64,000 nucleotides of DNA, taken from the NCBI GenBank assembly GCA_018060985.1, contig JAGOUZ010000001.1, positions 21,057 to 85,056 of the forward strand. The letters are read 5' to 3'. Of this stretch, positions 19,796 to 28,494 are shown piece by piece. This stretch comes from Minisyncoccota bacterium. GTDB lineage: Bacteria > Patescibacteriota > Minisyncoccia > Phycocordibacterales > SBAW01. A program made the position numbers and the translations under genes. Every line of letters starts with the position of its first letter. Position 1 is the stretch's first letter. The notes under the pieces were generated by a model. It made no database searches. It was not told the DNA's origin and worked only from the letters and a program-made list of their open reading frames with translations.

Positions 19796-20344
19796 TTAGT
19801 TTGTGATTTCCTTTTCTTTACGGGCAAAGGCGTCGTCAAACGCTTTATTGGCGGCCTGCACGCGCTTTTCCATCTCGTCTTTAGCGCGAAACTTGTCGTC
19901 CTCGCTCATCTTTTTATCCTTTTCCTGCTTTTGGATATCGTTCCACACTTCGTCGCGGCCTTGGCGCAAGCTGGCACGAGCCTCTTCTACCTTTTCTTTA
20001 CCCAGTTTAAGTAGCTGAGTGCGGCGCTCGGCGGTAAGGTCAGGAAAAAAGACGCGTACGCCTTTTTCATCCACACCAACCGAAAGGCCGAGATTAGCAA
20101 CGGTAATCGCCTTTTCAATTTCCTTCCCCATTGAGGCATCCCATGGTGCTATACGTAAAGAGCGTGCGTCTTCTATAGAAACAGTGGCAACGCTCGAGAT
20201 AGGCATGCGCGTACCAAATTGTTCTACCTGTATACCGTCGAGTATTGCGGGCGTTGCGCGGCCGGTACGCACCCCTGCCAGGTCTTTACCAAGTCTTTCT
20301 GTAATCTCCTTAATTTTGGCCTCAAACGGCTTAAAGTTGTATGC
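19796..20344 (-). CDS. frr: ribosome recycling factor
   Basis: RRF-type sequence from MAYNFKPFEAKIKE onward; start trimmed to that Met. Confidence 0.85.
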   Translation of the reverse strand, partial: AYNFKPFEAKIKEITERLGKDLAGVRTGRATPAILDGIQVEQFGTRMPISSVATVSIEDARSLRIAPWDASMGKEIEKAITVANLGLSVGVDEKGVRVFFPDLTAERRTQLLKLGKEKVEEARASLRQGRDEVWNDIQKQEKDKKMSEDDKFRAKDEMEKRVQAANKAFDDAFARKEKEITN

Positions 20345-20461
20345 CATAACGAAAGTATAGCAAAAACAAACTTGAAGGACAGTGCGAGGCACGACGGTGC
20401 CGAGCCTAGGGAATTTATCAGCAGGAAATTCCCGCTGTCCTGAAAGTTTGGTTTTGCGAAA

Positions 20462-21124
20462 CTAAACTCGGAATCGTTTAGCAGCTTTTGGATAAATCTT
20501 AATTAACGGGTCTTTGGTGGTGTCGTACTTGCGGGCCGGGGCAAGGTACCGGCCATAAAAGACAACCCGGTGGCTAAAGTACGGCCATTCTTTTTTTGGG
20601 AGCAACTGCATTAAATCTTTTTCTATCTTTACAGCGTCTCTATAGTCGGAGAGATCAAACCGCTGTGCAAAGCGGATCACGTGTGTGTCCACGGTTATAC
20701 CGTCTGCAATTGCATATAAGTCGCTCAAGATAACATTGGCTGTCTTGCGCCCCACGCCAGGTATCGCAACCATCTCGTTAATATTCTTCGGCAGCTTGCC
20801 TTTGTATTTTTCTTTAACTACTTTCGCGGCCGCTAAAATATTGCGTGTTTTGTTGAAAGAAAAAGTTACCGAGTGAATCGCCTTTTCAAACTCTGCTGGG
20901 TCTACCGCAACATAGTCCTCGAGCTTTTTGTACTTCTTAAATAACTCTTTCGTGACTATGTTTACCCGCTTGTCGGTGCACTGGGCAGAAAGTTGCACGG
21001 CAACCATAAATTGCCAAGGCGTCTTGAACTTAAGCTCTGTCCCCGCCTTTGGAAACAATTTCTTAAGCTCGCGGTCTAGCTTAAGTAATCTTTCTTTTCG
21101 CTCTTTAAGCTTTTTAGGGGTCAC
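20462..21124 (-). CDS. nth: endonuclease III (HhH-GPD base-excision glycosylase)
   Basis: HhH-GPD motif (LPGVGRKTANVIL...D). Confidence 0.85.
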   Translation of the reverse strand: MTPKKLKERKERLLKLDRELKKLFPKAGTELKFKTPWQFMVAVQLSAQCTDKRVNIVTKELFKKYKKLEDYVAVDPAEFEKAIHSVTFSFNKTRNILAAAKVVKEKYKGKLPKNINEMVAIPGVGRKTANVILSDLYAIADGITVDTHVIRFAQRFDLSDYRDAVKIEKDLMQLLPKKEWPYFSHRVVFYGRYLAPARKYDTTKDPLIKIYPKAAKRFRV

Positions 21125-21783
21125 AGTGTCGGGAGGGATACAGCCAAATGTTCGAGCAACATCTTAAACGAGGGAGAGCGGTCGCCCGCATAGCTACGCA
21201 CTTTGGCAATATCATCGAGACCCTCTAAAAAAGCCTTGTCTCCCTTGGCCTTTTGGAGTTGTGTATAGAGCTCTGCTTCAAGCCCCTGCAACAGTTCGCG
21301 CACCGGCTCGCGCACATCGTCGTCTTTGAGTAGCTTTGTTATAAAAGCACTGCGATCTTTTTGATTGCTCTTTAGGAACGTAGTAGCAGATTGTTCCGAA
21401 AAAGAGTCTGGCCCGAGAGCGGCTTTGCGCGATACGGGAGACCCGAGGACTTTTTTCGGGGCAATCTGCTGCGGAGGATACGGCAACATGCGCGATCGGA
21501 GTGTCGGGATTATGGTGCCGTACGGCACCAAGAGTACAAACATAGTTCCCGGTTGAGGCTCTTCAAAAAGTTTTAGGAGTGCCTGCTGCGCTTCGGTCGG
21601 GAGCGAACCAGTGGCAATAAAAAAAGTTGCACTGCCAAAGTTCTTAAGCTGGGCTTGCTCTATCAGCGCCCGTGCCTCGTCTATGCCAAAGCGCTCAAAC
21701 TGCTCTGCCCAAAAGGGCTTGAGATGCTCTTTATAGGGCTCAAAGAGCGACAGCGGCCCTTCTATATAGTAGGCGTGGTGCAT
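21121..21783 (-). CDS. holB: DNA polymerase III delta-prime-like clamp-loader subunit
   Basis: HolB-like pattern from MHHAYYIEGP; listed ORF extends further 5' (to 21963) but the extension overlaps the divergent gene and looks non-native. Confidence 0.6.
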   Translation of the reverse strand: MHHAYYIEGPLSLFEPYKEHLKPFWAEQFERFGIDEARALIEQAQLKNFGSATFFIATGSLPTEAQQALLKLFEEPQPGTMFVLLVPYGTIIPTLRSRMLPYPPQQIAPKKVLGSPVSRKAALGPDSFSEQSATTFLKSNQKDRSAFITKLLKDDDVREPVRELLQGLEAELYTQLQKAKGDKAFLEGLDDIAKVRSYAGDRSPSFKMLLEHLAVSLPTL

Positions 21784-21819
21784 AGCCGCATCATAGCAAA
21801 AGTGATATAAGAGAACGAG

Positions 21820-22389
21820 TTGAACAACAAGGGAGTATACAACGTGAGCAAGATTCGCCTCCTTATCGCCTACTTCCATGCAGGCTTTATGGACCTTGCG
21901 GTGGGCGTCCTTCTGATAAACGCCCTTACTGCAGCATTCGGGATCCCGTTTGAATGGTGGCACCTACCCCTTGGTGCAGCCCTCACCGTGCTTCCGGACT
22001 TCGATATCTTCTGGCCGCTCCTGCGAACTGTGTTTGGCGGGACCGCACGCACCGAAGACCATCATAAGACATGGCTCCATTTCCCGATCGTGATGCTTCC
22101 TGCGATTGGACTCGTAGGCTATGCGCTCGGCGGATGGGAGTGGGCTACCATTACTGTGGTCGGCGTGCTCGCGCACTATATCCACGACGCTGCCACGATC
22201 AAAAACGGTGGCGTGTACTGGTTCTTCCGCATAGAACGTACGAGGTGGACAAACTCTGAAATACCGACAGGAACCGGAGAAGAATGGACAAGAAAAAACT
22301 GGCTGCAATGGAGCCAGTTGTCGGTGATCGAAACAACGATTGGAATATGCGCACTCTTAGGCGCCCTGGCCATCATCGCTTTGCGATGA
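21820..22389 (+). CDS. YdjM-like membrane-bound metal-dependent hydrolase (DUF457-like)
   Basis: polytopic membrane protein with His-rich motifs (HYIHD). Confidence 0.5.
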   Translation: MNNKGVYNVSKIRLLIAYFHAGFMDLAVGVLLINALTAAFGIPFEWWHLPLGAALTVLPDFDIFWPLLRTVFGGTARTEDHHKTWLHFPIVMLPAIGLVGYALGGWEWATITVVGVLAHYIHDAATIKNGGVYWFFRIERTRWTNSEIPTGTGEEWTRKNWLQWSQLSVIETTIGICALLGALAIIALR

Positions 22390-23386
22390 TGGCCTTTTTG
22401 TACGTATCTAGGTGTTCGAGCGCTATACCGGTGCCGCGTGCCACGCAAAACAGCGGGTCAGCAGCAACCGTCGCCTTAACACCCGTGCGGCGCAGCACCA
22501 GTTCTGGGAAGTTTCGAAGTTGAGACGTGCCACCGGTCATAATAATGCCGCGGTCAATAATATCAGCTGCAAGTTCAGGCGGTGTCTCTTGGAGCACGTC
22601 GCGAATGGCTTTGATTATCTCGCGCAGCTCTTTCCCCATACTTTTAACAATGTCGTTCGTTTTGAGCTCCATCGAGCGCGGCAGGCCGGTAATAAAGTCG
22701 CGGCCGCGCACGCTCATCACAATATCTTCCTCGACAGGCACGGCGGAGCCGATACCTATTTTTATATTCTCCGCCGTCTTGTCGCCTATCGCTAAGTTAA
22801 AAGATTTCTTCATATAGTCGGCAATCGCGTGGTCGAGCTTGTCTCCCGCACACTTAACCGACGTACTTGCCACAATGCCGCCAAGCGAAATAACCGCAAC
22901 GTCAGTCGTGCCGCCGCCAATGTCGACAACCATGTTGCCACGCGCCTCGTTAATCGGCACGCCCGCGCCAATTGCTGCGAGCACCGACTCTTTAACCACA
23001 TACGCGCTCCTAGCGCCGGCGCGCATTGCAGCCTCCACGACTGCGCGGCGCTCGGTCGAGGTAACGCCTGTTGGTACCGAGACCATTACTTCTGGTTTAA
23101 AAAGGCCGTACTTTGGCATCGCCTTGCGGATAAAGTAGCGAAGCATTGCTTCGGTTACGCGGTAGTCGGCTATAACACCGTCGCGCATTGGGCGGTAGGC
23201 CACGATCTCGTCTGGTGTGCGGCCGATCATCTCTTTAGCCTCCATCCCCACTGCCAAGATCGTTCTATCAAATTGAGATACGGCTACTACCGAAGGCTCA
23301 TTTAAAACCACGCCTCTCCCTGGCATAAAAACAAGAGTGTTTGCGGTGCCGAGGTCTATGCCGAGCTTTGGAGTAAAGAATGACAT
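22373..23386 (-). CDS. mreB: second MreB/actin-like paralog
   Basis: DLGTANTLVF, DIGGGTTDVAVI, MTGGTSQL; start trimmed to MSFFTPKLGIDLG. Confidence 0.85.
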   Translation of the reverse strand: MSFFTPKLGIDLGTANTLVFMPGRGVVLNEPSVVAVSQFDRTILAVGMEAKEMIGRTPDEIVAYRPMRDGVIADYRVTEAMLRYFIRKAMPKYGLFKPEVMVSVPTGVTSTERRAVVEAAMRAGARSAYVVKESVLAAIGAGVPINEARGNMVVDIGGGTTDVAVISLGGIVASTSVKCAGDKLDHAIADYMKKSFNLAIGDKTAENIKIGIGSAVPVEEDIVMSVRGRDFITGLPRSMELKTNDIVKSMGKELREIIKAIRDVLQETPPELAADIIDRGIIMTGGTSQLRNFPELVLRRTGVKATVAADPLFCVARGTGIALEHLDTYKKAIIAKR

Positions 23387-23485
23387 CGGAGCAATAATAC
23401 GTGAGAAGTGGTAACGAAACAATTATTTGACAATTTCAGACTTCGACGTATTCTGCATATTAGCAGTTCACCCTGGAGGAACGTT

Positions 23486-23698
23486 ATGGACACTCTCGTG
23501 AATGCAGTTATCACGATTGCCCTACTTTATGCCCTTGGTGCACAGATCGCGTTTGTGACCGTCTGCCGGTGGGGCGTAGGGGAAATTGATCGTATGCCCT
23601 GGCTCGCCCGTTTTCAGAGGCGCGAGTATCTCTACACCGCCATCTTTGCTGCCTTACTTTGGCCAATGGTCTTCCTGGTAACCCGCCGCGCTGAATAA
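23486..23698 (+). CDS. small two-TM membrane protein
   Basis: ATG preceded by GGAGG; hydrophobic helices. Confidence 0.35.
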   Translation: MDTLVNAVITIALLYALGAQIAFVTVCRWGVGEIDRMPWLARFQRREYLYTAIFAALLWPMVFLVTRRAE

Positions 23699-23714
23699 GC
23701 GCGGCGGATCTGTT

Positions 23715-24953
23715 TTATATTTCCTCTCTTTTTATATTGAGACCGAGTGCTTTAAGGCGCTCTTCAATCTTTTCGTATCCACGGTCAACCACATACGCAT
23801 TGCTAATTGTAGAAGTGCCGGTAGCAACCGTCGCTGCAAGAATGTACGCAAGGCCAGCGCGGAGGTCAGGGCCCTCGAGCTCTTTGCGGGTAAGCGCGCG
23901 CGGACCGCGCACCAAAATTTTATGCGGGTTCATAACCGTCATTTTTGCTCCCATGCGGGTCAGATCGTCCACATAGCGGAAGCGTCCGTCAAATATAGTC
24001 TCGAGCAGCGTCCCCTCGCCAGTGCACTGGCTCATAAACACAGCCATGGGCGCCTGTAGGTCGGTTGGGAAGCCTGGATACTCGTGCGTACGCACGGAGG
24101 TAAGTTTATATTCGCTGTTTGGCTTAGAGCCTCGGATGGTCACCGAGTCCGGCCCTACTTCAATATCAACACCGGCGCGTTTAAGTATTGAGATAAGTGC
24201 GCCTATATGCTCCGGCACACAGTTAGTAACCTTTACTTCTTTAGCAGCAAGTGCGGCAAATATCACAAAGCTACCCGCCTCGATACGATCTGGTACAACC
24301 GTATATGCCTTGCCTTCTGCTTTTAACAAACTACCTCCGGTGATTTTTATCGTTGAAGTGCCAGCGCCTTCAATTTTAGCGCCGCAGGCATTTAGGTAGG
24401 CTGCTAGATGCGGGATCTCCGGCTCCATCGCGGCGTTGTGCATTTCTGTCACACCCTCTGCCAAGACTGCGGCGAGCATCATCGTCTCGGTAGCCGTAAC
24501 AGAAACAAACGGGAAAAAAATCTGCGCCCCCTTTAATTTTTTAGCTTTAATCTTAAAGTAGCTCTCCTCTTCTTCTACCTCGGCGCCCATGGCCTTAAAG
24601 CTGTGTAAAAAGAGGTCAATCGAACGCTCTCCAAGCACACAGCCACCCGGGAACGGGAACTCCACCGAGCCCATCTTGGCCAAGACTGGCCCAGTCAAAA
24701 TTATTGACGCTCTAAAGCGCTCGGCAATATCTTTACGCAATGCAGTATTCCCCTGCTTGATATCAACGAGGAGCTCCTGCATGCGCTTAACGTCCTCTAT
24801 ACCCGGCAGGTTTTCATATTGCACCTCGTCTTCAAAGAGTACGCTTGCGGCAAGAGCAGGCAGAGCGCCGTTTTTAGCACCCTTAATCTGCACCTCGCCC
24901 TGAAGTGTCTTCTTGCCTGCCAGACCTTCGACAATAAATTTACTGTTTGCCAT
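23715..24953 (-). CDS. murA: UDP-N-acetylglucosamine 1-carboxyvinyltransferase
   Basis: EPSP-synthase fold MurA motifs, 412 aa. Confidence 0.9.
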   Translation of the reverse strand: MANSKFIVEGLAGKKTLQGEVQIKGAKNGALPALAASVLFEDEVQYENLPGIEDVKRMQELLVDIKQGNTALRKDIAERFRASIILTGPVLAKMGSVEFPFPGGCVLGERSIDLFLHSFKAMGAEVEEEESYFKIKAKKLKGAQIFFPFVSVTATETMMLAAVLAEGVTEMHNAAMEPEIPHLAAYLNACGAKIEGAGTSTIKITGGSLLKAEGKAYTVVPDRIEAGSFVIFAALAAKEVKVTNCVPEHIGALISILKRAGVDIEVGPDSVTIRGSKPNSEYKLTSVRTHEYPGFPTDLQAPMAVFMSQCTGEGTLLETIFDGRFRYVDDLTRMGAKMTVMNPHKILVRGPRALTRKELEGPDLRAGLAYILAATVATGTSTISNAYVVDRGYEKIEERLKALGLNIKREEI

Positions 24954-25293
24954 ACGATTTGTAGTTTTTGAATGGTTTTTTAGTATCGAGCGCAGCGAAC
25001 TTCTTTTTCTGCTCTTCTTTTGCTTCTTTAGTATGATTCTTTGGATTGACCTCCCACCAGAATTTTTTAGAAAAGTCGGGTGCCTGGTTGCATACGCTCT
25101 GTAAATAGTAGAGATCCTTGGTCGGTATAAGCTGGAGGACCTTTGCCATCCGCGCCAAGCTGAGTGCCGTGTAGCCGTCGCGCACGCGGGTGCTGTTTAA
25201 CTTATCACGAAAATATTGCATAAGCTCGCCACGCTCAGTCACCTTTTCCTTCTTGCTCAAGGTCTTGGTTATGTGCATTTTTATGTGCTCCAT
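24940..25293 (-). CDS. hypothetical protein with lysine-rich C-terminal tail
   Basis: ORF overlaps murA start by 14 bp (coupled); tail KEAKEEQKKKFAALDTKKPFKNYKSYGKQ. Confidence 0.45.
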   Translation of the reverse strand: MEHIKMHITKTLSKKEKVTERGELMQYFRDKLNSTRVRDGYTALSLARMAKVLQLIPTKDLYYLQSVCNQAPDFSKKFWWEVNPKNHTKEAKEEQKKKFAALDTKKPFKNYKSYGKQ

Positions 25294-25358
25294 TCCTCCT
25301 ATTGTACCTGTCCCGATACGCTGTTGACAAAAGACTATACCGGCAGTATTGTGTTTGG

Positions 25359-25575
25359 TAGTTAGTTTCGAACGCAGAAATGCAGATGGGTCCTCTGGCT
25401 AACCCCCCACCCCGACCTCCAGCCATGACCCTAGGTCGGTTCCGTGCGCCCCCACGGGACCGACCACCCCATTCCAATCTGCGTGTTGCCGCGTTTTCCC
25501 GCCCCCCTCGAACGCGCCGCATGCGCAGATACTAGGCCGGCTCCCACCGAGAGCCGGCCTTTTCTTTTACCCAAA
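25359..25575 (+). ncRNA. candidate structured GC-rich ncRNA or cis-regulatory leader upstream of def (identity unknown)
   Basis: promoter TTGACA(25324)-N17-TATTGT(25347); about 215 nt GC-rich non-coding; intrinsic terminator ggccggctcccaccgagagccggcc+ttttctttt at 25538-25575; only low-complexity spurious ORF on minus strand. Confidence 0.35.
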
Positions 25576-25594
25576 AAGTCGTTATCGTAAATCA

Positions 25595-26140
25595 GTGAAT
25601 GACTCTATAGTCCAAATCGGCGACCCGGTCCTTAAGGCTGTGGCTAAGCCTGTCCTTAAAAAGGACATTGCCTCCCGCAAAATACAGACCCTTCTTTCTA
25701 AAATGAGCAAAGTGCTCGCGAAGGAGGGTTTTGGTGTTGCCTTAGCGGCACCGCAGGTTGGCGAGTCGCTCCGTATTTTTGTTATTGCCGGCAAGGTCTT
25801 CCAGCCAGAAGAAATGGCCGATGATAAGCCCACTCCCCCCGATCGCGTATTTATTAACCCGGAGTTTGTCCGCGTGTCTAAGGCTACGGTAGAAATGACC
25901 GAGGGCTGCCTGTCGGTGCGACACAAATACGGCAGCGTGGTCAGACACGAGAAGGCAAGCGTCAAAGCTCTTAACGAAAAGGGCGCTCCGTTTATCTACC
26001 ACGGGAGCGGCCTCGTGGCACAGATCTTCCAGCACGAGATAGATCACCTTGATGGCATTCTATATATAGACAAAGCCGAGAGCGTTACTGACGACGAAAA
26101 TTGGCAGAGCCTTAAAGAAAAGAGAGAAACACGTGACTAG
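25595..26140 (+). CDS. def: peptide deformylase
   Basis: GVALAAPQVG, EGCLS, HEIDHLDG motifs. Confidence 0.9.
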   Translation: MNDSIVQIGDPVLKAVAKPVLKKDIASRKIQTLLSKMSKVLAKEGFGVALAAPQVGESLRIFVIAGKVFQPEEMADDKPTPPDRVFINPEFVRVSKATVEMTEGCLSVRHKYGSVVRHEKASVKALNEKGAPFIYHGSGLVAQIFQHEIDHLDGILYIDKAESVTDDENWQSLKEKRETRD

Positions 26141-26990
26141 CACCAACCCCTTATTCGCATTTTTTGGTACACCGCGCTTTGCTGTGCGAGTTTTGGATGC
26201 ACTTGAAGCGAAGGGCCTGCTTCCTGCATTGGTGATTACTGCGCCAGATAAACCCGCAGGGCGCGGACTCGAGGTTAAGCAATCGCCTGTTAAAGAATGG
26301 GCGCTCGCCCGAGGCATAGATGTGCTTACGCCTACAACGCTAAAAGACGAAACTTTGGTGGCAGAACTTCAGAACACCGATTGGGACGTATTTTTAGTTG
26401 CCGCCTATAACAAGCTAATCCCCAACGCCATTTTGAATATTCCACAGAAGGGTTCGCTTAACGTGCACCCGTCTCTCTTACCCAAATTCCGCGGCCCTTC
26501 CCCCGCCCTTTCTGCCGTTCTAGCCGACGAACGCACCACCGGCGTAAGCGTTATGCAAATGTCAGACAAAATGGATGCCGGCCCCGTGGTGGCACAAGCA
26601 CGCATTGAACTTGAAGAAAGTGAGTGGCCTCCGAAAGGTTCTTTGTTTGAAGACCTACTTGCGACCGAGGGCGGCACCCTGCTTGCAGAGACTTTGCCCG
26701 AGTGGCTTAAGGGCACCATTACTCCCGAGGTGCAGGACGAAACTATGGCGACGTTTACAAAAAAGTTTAGCTCTAATGATGCACTCATTGACCTTAGCGG
26801 CAACGCACGCGAGCAGCTGCTTAAAATCCGCGCATTCGACAAAAACCCACGCGCTTTTTATATAGATCAAAACGGTAAGCGCATCATCATTACCGAAGCA
26901 GACATAGTTGACGGCAAACTAGAAATCCTTAAAGTCATACCCGAGGGCAAAAAGGAGATGGAATATAAGGAGTTTTTGAAGGGGGCCTAA
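26133..26990 (+). CDS. fmt: methionyl-tRNA formyltransferase
   Basis: formyltransferase N-domain (NVHPSLLPKFRG) plus C-terminal domain; overlaps def stop. Confidence 0.9.
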   Translation: MTSTNPLFAFFGTPRFAVRVLDALEAKGLLPALVITAPDKPAGRGLEVKQSPVKEWALARGIDVLTPTTLKDETLVAELQNTDWDVFLVAAYNKLIPNAILNIPQKGSLNVHPSLLPKFRGPSPALSAVLADERTTGVSVMQMSDKMDAGPVVAQARIELEESEWPPKGSLFEDLLATEGGTLLAETLPEWLKGTITPEVQDETMATFTKKFSSNDALIDLSGNAREQLLKIRAFDKNPRAFYIDQNGKRIIITEADIVDGKLEILKVIPEGKKEMEYKEFLKGA

Positions 26991-27349
26991 AACCTATCAC
27001 GCAGGCCACGAACCATATCTTTAATGGCACCGGCGCCACGGCGCACTAGGTGTTGGTGCTTCTTTTTTGTTTTACGTAATTCGTTCTCTAGCACCGCAAT
27101 CGCTAGATCGATTGCCTCGTGCATAGAGTGGCCCCACTGCTCCGCACGGTACAACCCGCCACCCAGAGCTAGATTGAACTCGGCACGATACTTACCACCA
27201 TCGCGCACCTGTGCAAATTCGAGCTCTACATCCGCATGCGCCGTAGAGTCCTTCCCCACAAATTTATCGGCAACCAAGAGTCTTTTTTCTACATAGCCGC
27301 GCAACTCGTCGGTTATCTGCAGACCGGTGCCTTTTATATTGTGGTTCAT
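26987..27349 (-). CDS. hpf: ribosome hibernation promoting factor / RaiA family
   Basis: MNHNIKGTGLQITDELRGYVEKRL typical HPF start. Confidence 0.8.
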   Translation of the reverse strand: MNHNIKGTGLQITDELRGYVEKRLLVADKFVGKDSTAHADVELEFAQVRDGGKYRAEFNLALGGGLYRAEQWGHSMHEAIDLAIAVLENELRKTKKKHQHLVRRGAGAIKDMVRGLRDRF

Positions 27350-27444
27350 ATACACGTAGTATAACAAACGCGCTCAACACACAGTTTCAATTACACCACA
27401 TTGGTTGACAACCTGTACACAAGATATCAAAAATTTTAAACCTT

Positions 27445-28416
27445 TTGGCATTTGCAGCGCTTTGTGCTATTACGAACGCGTATATTTACCAGTTGACTAC
27501 ATGGCTTATGATGTTTTTTACCGCGTTCAGCAACTCTGTGTTGATTAAAAATGTAGGGGCAGTAGTGACCGCACTCGCGCTTATCGCTGGGGCGTATACG
27601 GTTTCCTTGCCAGCCGCATCGGCGGAGGTAAATCCGACCGCAGGCGCTATGTGCTCATTCTTGGGCGGTATACTAACAGAAGATGGTTGTCAGATTGCAG
27701 GTACGGCTATTTGTATCCTGCTCGAGACTCACTCAGCAGAGTCAGTAGAAGCAGCACTTAACCTCTTCGGTATGACCGTGGATGATTTTGACTGCGCCGA
27801 AGAAGAAACTACGCCTCAGGACCACTGCTCAACCGTAGCCGGTGTTCAGACTGAAGAAGACACCTGTCCATCGCAAGCAGAATTAGACTGCACTACCAGG
27901 GGCGGCACCTGGAATTCTGAAACTGCCGTATGTACGCCTGCAAACAATGATGAAGGCGAAGGAAACGGAGACGGTGAAGGTTCCGGTGGTTCAGATACCA
28001 GTGGTACTACTACCCAAGGTGGTGGCTTAACTGGCGGCGGTTCTATGGGCGGAGGCGGCGGTTCTGGCGGCCAGGTCTTGGGTGCAAGCACCGACGATGT
28101 CTGCTCGACACCTCTTATCACCAGCTACCTGCGTTTTGGCCAGAAGAACGACTTTGTTCAAATGGTATTGCTGCAGGTCTTCCTAAGGAACGAGCTCGGA
28201 AGCAAACTCCTTATTACCGGTGAGTTTGATGCCGACACGAAGGCAGCGGTAGATCAGTTCCAAGTTAAATACTCAGGCGAGGTGTTGGCTCCGTGGGTGC
28301 CCTTTGGCCTCGAGTCCACAAGCACTCCAACGAGTTATGTGTACAAAACAACGAAGCGCATGATCAACAAGATCCACTGCGCAGCGCTCGATATTCCGAT
28401 GCCACAGCTTCCCTAA
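27445..28416 (+). CDS. secreted Gly/Thr-rich protein with C-terminal peptidoglycan-binding (PGBD-like) domain
   Basis: signal/TM, Cys-containing acidic region, poly-Gly linker, PG_binding_1-like C-terminus (LxxGxxGxxV...DGxFDADTKAAVxxFQ). Confidence 0.6.
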   Translation: MAFAALCAITNAYIYQLTTWLMMFFTAFSNSVLIKNVGAVVTALALIAGAYTVSLPAASAEVNPTAGAMCSFLGGILTEDGCQIAGTAICILLETHSAESVEAALNLFGMTVDDFDCAEEETTPQDHCSTVAGVQTEEDTCPSQAELDCTTRGGTWNSETAVCTPANNDEGEGNGDGEGSGGSDTSGTTTQGGGLTGGGSMGGGGGSGGQVLGASTDDVCSTPLITSYLRFGQKNDFVQMVLLQVFLRNELGSKLLITGEFDADTKAAVDQFQVKYSGEVLAPWVPFGLESTSTPTSYVYKTTKRMINKIHCAALDIPMPQLP

Positions 28417-28440
28417 GCTCACCTCTTATCTCCTGATAGC

Positions 28441-28470
28441 AAAACCCCGCGCATCATTGCGCGGGGTTTT
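28441..28470. terminator. bidirectional rho-independent terminator
   Basis: aaaaccccgcgcatcattgcgcggggtttt between convergent genes. Confidence 0.6.
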
Positions 28471-28494
28471 GTATGTGCACTAATGCAATCAGAT

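Noticed and set aside
21784-21963. 5' extension of the holB ORF back to 21963
   Set aside because: Extension overlaps the divergent YdjM-like gene by over 140 bp and lacks clamp-loader similarity; internal Met at MHHAYYIEG fits the family start.
25235-25522. 95-aa minus-strand ORF (RRVRGGRENAATRRLEWGGRSRGG...)
   Set aside because: Arg/Gly low-complexity product of the GC-rich candidate ncRNA region.
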